40,435 nucleotides of DNA. Origin: Candidatus Tepidifontimicrobium thermophilum. GTDB lineage: Bacteria; Sysuimicrobiota; Sysuimicrobiia; Sysuimicrobiales; Sysuimicrobiaceae. This document shows, piece after piece, positions 18,766-25,873 of this stretch. A program made the translations under genes and the position numbers. The notes under the pieces were generated by a model. The model was not told the DNA's origin. It saw only the letters and a program-made list of their open reading frames with translations, and made no database searches. Positions within the stretch are counted from its first letter, which is position 1. Every line of letters begins with the position of its first letter. The stretch is taken from positions 1-40,435 of the forward strand of contig JAVKHO010000020.1 in the NCBI GenBank assembly GCA_031459915.1. Reading direction: 5' to 3'.

Positions 18766-20103
18766 TCAAAGCGTCACGACGTTTCCATTGCGGACACCGC
18801 GCAAGGCGTTGCGGGTGTCCACCACCAGCCGCGCACCGCCCGCGATCCAGACGTAGTCGTAGCACCGGTGGTTCGTAGCGATCACCACGCAGTCCGCGGA
18901 ACGCAAGACCTCCTGTGTAAGTTCCACGGCCCGCAGGCAGGTCCCGGGGTTCGGCAGGACGACCTCCGCTACGTACGGGTCGTGGAAGCTGACTTCGGCT
19001 CCCCGCTTGCGCAGCAGCGCCATCACCTTCAGCGCGGGGGACTCCCGTACGTCCGGGACGTCCGGCTTGTAGGTGGCGCCCAGGACCAGGACCCGCGCAC
19101 CCTGGATGCTCTTGCCGTGGCGGCTGAGTGCCGCCACGACCTTGGAGCAGGTGTAGTAGGGCATGCTGTCGTTCACCTGGGCCGCCACCTCGATGAACTT
19201 CAGGTGGAAGTCGTGCTCCCGCGCCTTCGCCGCCAGGTAGTAGGGGTCCACGGGGATGCAGTGGCCGCCCACGCCCGGCCCGGGGTAGAAGGGCATGAAC
19301 CCGTAGGGCTTGGTCGCGGCGGCGTCGATGATCTCCCACACGTCCAGCTCCATACGGTCGCAGAGGAGCGCGAGCTCGTTGACGAGAGCGATGTTGACGT
19401 TCCGGAACACGTTCTCGTAGCACTTCACCATCTCCGCCACCGTGGGGCTGCTCACGGGCACCGTGCGGTCGACGACGTGTTCGTAAAGCTGGCACGCCAG
19501 CCGCGTGCACGCGGGGGTGTGGCCGCCGACGACCTTCGGGACCTCCCGGAACCCGGAACGGTTCCCCGGGTCCAGCCGCTCCGGTGCGAACGCCACGAAC
19601 ACCTCCCCGCCCACCACGAGCCCCGTCTCGCGGAGGCGGGGGAGCACCACCTCCTCCGTGGTTCCGGGGTAGGTGGTGCTCTCCAGGATCACCAGCTGCC
19701 CGCGCCGCACGGACCGGGCGATGCTGTCCACGGCCCGGTGGACGTACGACAGGTCCGGCTGTTTCGTGGAGGTGAGCGGGGTCGGGACGCAGATGATGAG
19801 GACGTCGCACTCCTGCATCCGCCCCTCGTCGACCGTGGCCTGGAGCCTTCTGCCTTTCACGAGAGGGGCCAGTACCTCGTCCGGGACGTCGCACACGTGG
19901 GACCGGCCCGCGTTCACCGCCTCCGCCCGGGCCGCGTCCACCTCAAACCCGAGCACGGGGAAGCCCGCCCGGGCGAACTCCACCGCCGTGGGCAACCCCA
20001 CATACCCTAGCCCCAGGATCCCCACACGCGCCGTGCGAGCCTCGAGCATGGCGCTGAGGTGTTCTGCGGGGCTCAGACCGGTGAGGACGATCTCCTGCAT
20101 CAC
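18766..20103 (-). CDS. Nucleotide-sugar 6-dehydrogenase (WbpA/WecC-like UDP-N-acetylhexosamine dehydrogenase, 445 aa)
   Basis: GLGYVGLP, ICVPTP, ESTTYPGTT, PERLDPG, AEMVK.YEN.FR.VNIA, GPGVGGHCIPVDPYYL, YKPDV.D.RESP. Confidence 0.92.
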   Translation of the reverse strand: MMQEIVLTGLSPAEHLSAMLEARTARVGILGLGYVGLPTAVEFARAGFPVLGFEVDAARAEAVNAGRSHVCDVPDEVLAPLVKGRRLQATVDEGRMQECDVLIICVPTPLTSTKQPDLSYVHRAVDSIARSVRRGQLVILESTTYPGTTEEVVLPRLRETGLVVGGEVFVAFAPERLDPGNRSGFREVPKVVGGHTPACTRLACQLYEHVVDRTVPVSSPTVAEMVKCYENVFRNVNIALVNELALLCDRMELDVWEIIDAAATKPYGFMPFYPGPGVGGHCIPVDPYYLAAKAREHDFHLKFIEVAAQVNDSMPYYTCSKVVAALSRHGKSIQGARVLVLGATYKPDVPDVRESPALKVMALLRKRGAEVSFHDPYVAEVVLPNPGTCLRAVELTQEVLRSADCVVIATNHRCYDYVWIAGGARLVVDTRNALRGVRNGNVVTL

Positions 20104-20134
20104 GTCTCCACCTCAGGTCTCCAGTCGTTCCGGC

Positions 20135-22201
20135 TCAGATGCGCGCCGTCGGGCCGAGGGAGGTGAACATGCTGCGGGCCCAGTGCCACCACGGCGCGTC
20201 CACGTACCACCCGACGGCCAGTCCCACCCCGAGAAGGAGGACCACAGCAGCGGTGGCCCCTGCGACCTGGGTGGCCAGGCGCGGGCGGGCCAGGTAGCGG
20301 GCGTACAGCGCGTACGTCTCGTCGTCGGGGCTGGACACGCGGTTGACCACGAGGCCCAGCAGCCTGGCCCGGGCGCGCACCAGCTGGTCCCGTACCCGCT
20401 GGCCGTCCGGCCCGACGGCCTGACCCGCTCCCACCACCAGCAGGGTCCCGTCCGCGTGGGGGGCCATAGCCAGGGCCTCCGGGTACGGCAGCGCCGCGGG
20501 CCCGTCCAGCACGACCATCTGCACCCGCTGCAACCACGCCGCTAGCAGCGCCGGCAACCTGGCGTGCAGCCGGCCGGACGGGTCTTCCGGTGCAGCGCCG
20601 GGGCGGACCACAAAGAGTCCGGGCACCTCGCCCTCCTGCAGGGCGTCCAGGGGGTCGCCTCTTCCGGCCAGGAGATCTCCCAGGCTCACCCGCTCTTCCC
20701 AGTTGTCGCTAGGCAGGCTGGGGTGCCGGAAGTTAGCGTCCACCAGGACCGTAGGGACTCCCGCGCGGGCGTAGGCCGCCGCCAGGTTCCGGGCCACCGT
20801 GGACGTCCCGCTGCCGGGGCGCACGCCCACCAGCAGCAGGCTCTTCAGCTCGCCCGCGGCGTTCAGCAAGTTATTGCGCAGGGCGGCGTACGCGTCCACC
20901 ACCGGTGGGTTGTGAGCCGGGATCGTCCCCAGGGCGGGGATTCCCACCACCCGCTCCGCGTCCTGGGTGGTCCGCACGGTGGTGTCCACGTAGTCTCGGA
21001 AGAACGCCGCGCCGACAGCCAGTGCCAACCCCAGCAGCAGCCCGATCCCCAGGCGGGTGGCCCGGTCCGACGGGATGGCGGCTCCGGACGCGGTGGCGGT
21101 GTCCAGGATCCTGGGACTTGTGGTGGCCAGGACTTCCTGCTCTTTGACCTGCGCCGCGTTCAGCTGGTCCTGCAGGGCCGTCACCATCCGCTCCGCAGAC
21201 TGGACCTCCCGGGTCAGGCGGGCCAGCTCCGCCTCGTTCCGGGACAGGGAGGGCAGGCGCGCCCGCATGCTCTGCAGGCTCGCCTCGATGCCCTGGATCC
21301 GGGCGCTCACGGAGGCCCGCTGGACCAACAGGTCCACGCGGCTGCCGAGCAGCCGGTCGTAGACGGGGTTGGCCCCCACGGTCTCGGACGTGAGGACCTT
21401 CCGCAGCTCTCCCGCCAGCATCCGCTCCAGCTGCGCGATGCGGGTCCGCAGGGCGATCACGTTCGGGTGCTCCTCGGTGTGCACCGCCAGCTCCGCGTTG
21501 AGGGCGATCTGCAGGCTGATCAACTCGCTCTCGATGCGCTGCGCGGCGGGGTTCTCCCGTACCACCCGCTCCGACCGGGTGCGTTGCTCCCGGCTGAGCA
21601 GGGCGTCGGTAGCCGCCAGCCGGGCCTCCACGTCCGCGCGTTCGGCGAGTGCCGCGTCCCGTGCGGACTCCAGGGCCAACGTGCGGTCCAGGGCCGCGGC
21701 TACCGTGGGGCTCAGGGCGGCCCCACTCCGGGCACGGAACCGGGCCAGGGCGGCCTCCGCTTGCTCGAGACGCGCCTGCGCCCGCCGTAGCTCGCCCTGT
21801 ACGAACTCCCGCTGTCGCGTGGCTCCCTGACGGATCAGCCCCTCGTACACGCGCAACCCCGTCACGACAAAAGCGTTGGCCAGCTTCTCCGCGCTCTCCG
21901 GGGTGTCCGCGATGGCCATGACCCGCACGAGCCCGCCGTCCCGGTCCTCCTTCACCACGATGCGGCCGTGGAGGGCGGCGGGCGCGGTCCCGAGTCCCTT
22001 CGCGGTCTCCGCGAGGACCGTCCGGCTGTTCATCACGGACAGCACCCCGGCGGGGCTGTCGGCCTTGACGGACGCGGTGGCCGCGTAGCCCGCGGGCGGC
22101 GGCTGGTACCCGTACATCACCGCGCCCACCGTCAGCAGCAGGACTGCCAGGAACATCCACTTCCGACGACGCAGGACCCGGTAGTACTGCCAGAATTCCA
22201 T
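20135..22201 (-). CDS. Wzz/Wzc-type polysaccharide co-polymerase with degenerate BY-kinase domain (688 aa)
   Basis: N-terminal Wzz motif and TM, coiled coil, HPNV..L, second TM followed by DTTVRT..D.E...G.P.LG.IP, AYAALRNNL, P-loop region. Confidence 0.85.
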   Translation of the reverse strand: MEFWQYYRVLRRRKWMFLAVLLLTVGAVMYGYQPPPAGYAATASVKADSPAGVLSVMNSRTVLAETAKGLGTAPAALHGRIVVKEDRDGGLVRVMAIADTPESAEKLANAFVVTGLRVYEGLIRQGATRQREFVQGELRRAQARLEQAEAALARFRARSGAALSPTVAAALDRTLALESARDAALAERADVEARLAATDALLSREQRTRSERVVRENPAAQRIESELISLQIALNAELAVHTEEHPNVIALRTRIAQLERMLAGELRKVLTSETVGANPVYDRLLGSRVDLLVQRASVSARIQGIEASLQSMRARLPSLSRNEAELARLTREVQSAERMVTALQDQLNAAQVKEQEVLATTSPRILDTATASGAAIPSDRATRLGIGLLLGLALAVGAAFFRDYVDTTVRTTQDAERVVGIPALGTIPAHNPPVVDAYAALRNNLLNAAGELKSLLLVGVRPGSGTSTVARNLAAAYARAGVPTVLVDANFRHPSLPSDNWEERVSLGDLLAGRGDPLDALQEGEVPGLFVVRPGAAPEDPSGRLHARLPALLAAWLQRVQMVVLDGPAALPYPEALAMAPHADGTLLVVGAGQAVGPDGQRVRDQLVRARARLLGLVVNRVSSPDDETYALYARYLARPRLATQVAGATAAVVLLLGVGLAVGWYVDAPWWHWARSMFTSLGPTARI

Positions 22202-22220
22202 GGCCCCCTCCTCCCTCCGC

Positions 22221-23120
22221 CTACCAGCGGATGAACGGGATGGTGAAGATGAAGCTCAGCCCGCGCAGGACGCTCTCCCAGTCGGGCGTGCGGGTCTCGG
22301 GCACGAAGACCACGTCGCCTGGCTGGAGCACGGGGTTCTGCGAGGCGTCCGCGCCCCGCAGGAACCGCAGGAGGTCGAAGGTCTGCACCCGCCCGCGGGG
22401 TCCTGCCTCCTGCCGGATCACGCCCACGGACTCCAGGGCCGCCCGCCGGTCCGGTCCTCCTGCCAGGCTAATGGCCTCGTGCAGCCGGGCCCCCTCGCCG
22501 ATCTCGTAGGCCCCGGGGCGGGCCACGAACCCGAGGACGAACACCCGGCGCAGCGGCGACTCCGGAACCACCACCACGTCCCCCGCCTCAAGGGCCGGTG
22601 CCTCCTGAGCTTCACCGCGGAGCAGCACCCGCTCCAGATCCACGGGGATCGCCTGGTTCTGCCGCAGCAGCTGGGACTTGCGCAAATCCGCCCGCGGGGT
22701 CACTCCTCCCGCGGAGGCGATGGCCTGCACCACGGTCCAGCCCCGCTGGATCTCATAGGCGCCCGGCCGCGCCACCTGCCCTACCAGGTACACGAAGGGC
22801 CGGCCGCGGGCGTCCCGCACGGAGACGGTCACCTGCGGCTGCCGGATGTACCGGGACAGCCCCTGGGTAATGCGGCCCGCCAGCTCCGAGGGCTTCAGCC
22901 CCGCCACCACCAGCTCGCCTAGCATGGGGTAGCTGATCCGCCCGTCCGGGCGGACCGTCAAAGTGACCGTCAGCGTGGGCTCCCCGAGCACCACGATGTC
23001 CACCACGTCACCGGGCCCGAGGGTGTACTCCTCGGGCGGCTGCGCCGCGGCTCCGGAGGCGAGCAGCACGAACACGCCCACCACCAGGGGCCACCACCGA
23101 GAGACCCTGGCTGTCTGCAT
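22221..23120 (-). CDS. Wza-like polysaccharide export protein with SLBB domains (299 aa)
   Basis: Signal peptide, YTLGPGD, VRPDGRISYP..G.L...G (Poly_export), two V.G.V.RPG.Y SLBB repeats; GGGAGG RBS before ATG 23120; no lipobox Cys seen. Confidence 0.88.
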   Translation of the reverse strand: MQTARVSRWWPLVVGVFVLLASGAAAQPPEEYTLGPGDVVDIVVLGEPTLTVTLTVRPDGRISYPMLGELVVAGLKPSELAGRITQGLSRYIRQPQVTVSVRDARGRPFVYLVGQVARPGAYEIQRGWTVVQAIASAGGVTPRADLRKSQLLRQNQAIPVDLERVLLRGEAQEAPALEAGDVVVVPESPLRRVFVLGFVARPGAYEIGEGARLHEAISLAGGPDRRAALESVGVIRQEAGPRGRVQTFDLLRFLRGADASQNPVLQPGDVVFVPETRTPDWESVLRGLSFIFTIPFIRW

Positions 23121-23134
23121 CGCGACCCCTCCCT

Positions 23135-23353
23135 TCATGGCTGTCCTGCCCCGGAAGACGTCCGGTCGTTCCCGCCGCTCAACACGCAGTACTCCTCCGA
23201 CTGCCCGGTGGCAGGGTCGTAGACCAGGTAGATCCCCACCACCCTCCACACCCGGTCCGCGTAGCGGACGCGGTCTCCCACCACCACCGGCCCGCCTCCG
23301 CCCGCCGGGTCCACCTTCCGGCAGTCCGCCACCCGCACGTTGATCTGCTCCAT
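23135..23353 (-). CDS. Small hypothetical protein (72 aa)
   Basis: Fills the gap between the leader terminator and wza; beta-rich sequence (VVVGDRVRY..RVWRVVGIY); weak RBS; TGA overlaps an ATG in the wza frame. Confidence 0.45.
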   Translation of the reverse strand: MEQINVRVADCRKVDPAGGGGPVVVGDRVRYADRVWRVVGIYLVYDPATGQSEEYCVLSGGNDRTSSGAGQP

Positions 23354-23369
23354 GGCACGCCCCGGCCGT

Positions 23370-23405
23370 CAAAATCGAAAGGCCTCCTGCGTCCGCAGGA
23401 GGCCT
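23370..23405 (-). terminator. Intrinsic terminator (attenuator) in the EPS operon leader
   Basis: Minus strand AGGCCTCCTGC-GGAC-GCAGGAGGCCT (11-bp perfect stem) followed by TTCGATTTT. Confidence 0.8.
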
Positions 23406-23429
23406 CCCGTTTCTTTTTCGGGTCAGCCT
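23400..23429 (-). promoter_or_regulatory. Putative antiterminator hairpin overlapping the terminator 5' arm
   Basis: AGGCU-GA-CCCG-AAAAAGAAA-CGGG-A-GGCCU; its 3' AGGCCU is also the first 6 nt of the terminator stem. Confidence 0.55.
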
Positions 23430-23468
23430 TTCTTCAGGTCCGCCCTCGCCGGGGCGGCCGGACTCTAC

Positions 23469-23651
23469 CTACTCGTACCGTACCTTCTCCGTCTTCTCCA
23501 CCTGGACGACCTTCCCGTCCTGGACCTTGATGAGGATGTGCCCGAACCGCATGCTCTCCGCCGCTTCTCGCACCGCGTCGAGAAGCCGGTCGGTCTCGGA
23601 GCCGCGGGTCGGCCTGTCCCTGGACCCGAGCTCCGGACGCACACCGGTCAT
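23469..23651 (-). CDS. Small DUF2292 / YezD / OscA-family protein (60 aa)
   Basis: L..V..A..SMRFGHILIKVQDGKVVQVEKTEKVR matches the family pattern as I recall it (FG.V...V.DG.V.QIE..EK.R); AGGGGGTG RBS before ATG. Confidence 0.8.
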   Translation of the reverse strand: MTGVRPELGSRDRPTRGSETDRLLDAVREAAESMRFGHILIKVQDGKVVQVEKTEKVRYE

Positions 23652-23805
23652 CGTTCACCCCCTGGCTCGACGTGCTCTCTTCATAGCAGCGCCCCCCCAA
23701 CAGCGGGAAGCCACCGATCGCCCCCAATCGGGCTGTCGAGCGGGCACTCCCGATCCTCCCGGTCGCATACCGGCACTCCGCCCGCTCGGCCCGTCGGAAC
23801 GGTGA

Positions 23806-23836
23806 TTCGGGTAGCGCCCCGTAGCCGATCGGCTAC
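23806..23836. promoter_or_regulatory. Putative transcription-factor site upstream of the EPS leader
   Basis: Perfect 16-bp palindrome GTAGCCGATCGGCTAC (23821-23836) plus adjacent TTCGGGTAGCG (23806-23816); the same words recur at 23-65. Confidence 0.5.
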
Positions 23837-23896
23837 GCGCCCTCGGCCTCTAGCGCCAGGTGCTCGCGTTGCAGACCGCGCGGACCGCCCCCGCGC

Positions 23897-24559
23897 TCAA
23901 CGCATGTACCCCTTGCGGATGGCGTACGCCGCGGCCTCCGCCCGGTCCCGGACGGAGATCTTGCGGAAGATGTTCCGCAGGCGGCTCTTGACGGTGCTTT
24001 CGGAGATGAACAGCTTCCGGGCGATCTCCTTATTGGTGGCGCCCTTGGCCACCTCCACCAGGATCTCGATCTCCCGTTCCGTGAGTCCGTCCCCGTACAG
24101 CCGGCCCCCCTCGGAGTCCTGCGTCATGAGGGACAGCCGGTCCAGCACGCGGCGGGCAATGCGGGGGTGCACCATGGTCTGGCCCCGCGTGATGGAGTGG
24201 ATGGCCCGTACGAGGTTGTCCGGCGTGATGTCCTTCAGGATGTACCCGGTGGCTCCCGCGCGGATGGCCTCGAACACCGTCTCGTCCCGGTCGTCCGAGG
24301 TCAGGACGAGGATCTCCGTCTGCGGGTGGTCGCGCTTGATAGCCTTGCACACCTCCAACCCGCTCATCCCCGGGAGGTTCACCTCCAGGATCACCAGGTC
24401 CGGGTGTTTCTCCGCGCACGCCCGGAGGGCCGACAGGCCGTCCGCGCAGACCGTGACCAGGTCTACGTCCGGCGCACTCTCCAGGACCGCCCGCAGCCCC
24501 ACCTGGAAGATGGGATGCGGGTCCACCGCCAGCACTCTTATGGGTGGCGACTCAGCCAT
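23897..24559 (-). CDS. NarL/FixJ-family response regulator with atypical aspartate-less receiver (220 aa)
   Basis: Receiver IRVLAVDPH...PDLVILEVNLPGMSG...VLTS...GYILKD plus LuxR HTH LTERE.EIL..VAKG.TNKEIA..LFISESTVK. Confidence 0.92.
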   Translation of the reverse strand: MAESPPIRVLAVDPHPIFQVGLRAVLESAPDVDLVTVCADGLSALRACAEKHPDLVILEVNLPGMSGLEVCKAIKRDHPQTEILVLTSDDRDETVFEAIRAGATGYILKDITPDNLVRAIHSITRGQTMVHPRIARRVLDRLSLMTQDSEGGRLYGDGLTEREIEILVEVAKGATNKEIARKLFISESTVKSRLRNIFRKISVRDRAEAAAYAIRKGYMR

Positions 24560-24646
24560 CGCACGCCCCCTGTGCTTGAAGTTAAGCGCCGGAGCGCCCG
24601 GCGATCAACGAGCCGGCCGCTGTACCAGGCCTCCCCAGGGAGCTTG

Positions 24647-24662
24647 AGCAACTTCCTTGCCA
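24647..24662 (-). promoter_or_regulatory. Putative sigma54 (-24/-12) promoter of the response regulator
   Basis: TGGCAAGGAAGTTGCT with exact GG-N10-GC spacing, intergenic, about 90 nt upstream of ATG 24559. Confidence 0.65.
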
Positions 24663-24730
24663 CGACCTGCCCACGCTCCCCTAAGAGTGAACGTCCTCGC
24701 AAAGGGACTTTCGAGCACGGGGATCCTGCC

Positions 24731-25870
24731 TTACTCCCACAGCCTGCGCGGGATCTGCGAGGTGAGGATCTCCCAGCCGTCGGGGACCACTACCACCACC
24801 TCCTCCACGCACACCCCGCCCCGCTCTGGAAGGTAGACCGCCGGCTCCACGCACAGCACCATCCCCTCCCGGAGCACCTCCGAGCTGTCGGGTACCAGGA
24901 GAGGGCCCTCCACGGTCTCCAGGCCGATCCCGTGCCCCAGAAACCGGGAGGCGTGGGGCCCGAGCCCGCGGTCCTCAAAGGCCCGCAGGGCCGCGTGCAC
25001 GACCTGTGCTACAGGCGCTCCCGGACGCACCGCCCGAAGGCAGGAGGCCAGCGCCCTCAAGACGGCATCGAACAACTCCCTCTGCCACGGCAGGACGTCG
25101 AACCCCACCAGGGTCGTGCGTCCCACGTCGAAGGCGTATCCCCCGCACGCTCCCACCGCGTCCAGCAGCACCAGGTCGCTCTTCTGCAACACCCGGCCGG
25201 TGGCCGGCGGCCACCGGGTGGGCCAGGCGCTCCAGGGGCCTGAGTGCACCCGCACGTACCGGACGAAGTCCGCCCCTGCCCGCAGGCCCGCAGCGGCTCC
25301 CTGCGCTGCCACCTCAACCTCGGTGGTCCCAAGCAGACACGCGCCGGCGCACGCGAGGAGCGCTTCCCGGGCGCACCCACACGCCCCTCGCAGCAGCTCC
25401 ACCTCTGCGGGGCTCTTGACCCTCCGCAGCTCCCGCACCACCGGGTCAGCGGCCACCAACCGCACTCCCGCTTCCTCCAGCGCACGGGCCCCTTCCCACG
25501 GAAGCACGTCGGAGCCCACGCACCCTACCGGGCCCGCAGTTCCCTGCAACAGCCGCGCAGCCTCCGCCCACACGTCCGAGGCCACCACCACCTCGGAGGC
25601 CACGACCAAGTCCTCACGGTACGCGGGAGTGTCCACCACGAGCGCGCAACGCCGGCCGTCCAGCACCACGGCTGCGTGCCCGGTCCCCCGCAGCTTCGTT
25701 TCGCTCTCCGCGGTCGGGAAGGGCGGGAAGTGGCCTGTCAGGTACGCCACGTCCCCGGGCCGGGCGTAGAAGGGCCCGCTCACGCACAGCACGGCCGCCA
25801 GGCCTGCGTCGGCTGCGCGCCGCCGCACGGCTTCCTGGCGCTGCTCGTACTCCTCCCGGGGAATCCCCAA
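24731..25870 (-). CDS. M24-family (Xaa-Pro peptidase/creatinase-like) hydrolase (379 aa)
   Basis: LRRVKS..E, D..G...GY..D.GRT, GHGIGL, VEP, GG...EE metal ligands; TTG start 3 nt after the patA stop. Confidence 0.85.
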   Translation of the reverse strand: MGIPREEYEQRQEAVRRRAADAGLAAVLCVSGPFYARPGDVAYLTGHFPPFPTAESETKLRGTGHAAVVLDGRRCALVVDTPAYREDLVVASEVVVASDVWAEAARLLQGTAGPVGCVGSDVLPWEGARALEEAGVRLVAADPVVRELRRVKSPAEVELLRGACGCAREALLACAGACLLGTTEVEVAAQGAAAGLRAGADFVRYVRVHSGPWSAWPTRWPPATGRVLQKSDLVLLDAVGACGGYAFDVGRTTLVGFDVLPWQRELFDAVLRALASCLRAVRPGAPVAQVVHAALRAFEDRGLGPHASRFLGHGIGLETVEGPLLVPDSSEVLREGMVLCVEPAVYLPERGGVCVEEVVVVVPDGWEILTSQIPRRLWE

Positions 25871-25873
25871 AGC

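Noticed and set aside
23340..23900. ops/JUMPStart element for RfaH-type antitermination
   Set aside because: No GGCGGTAG on the coding strand of the leader and no NusG paralogue in the window
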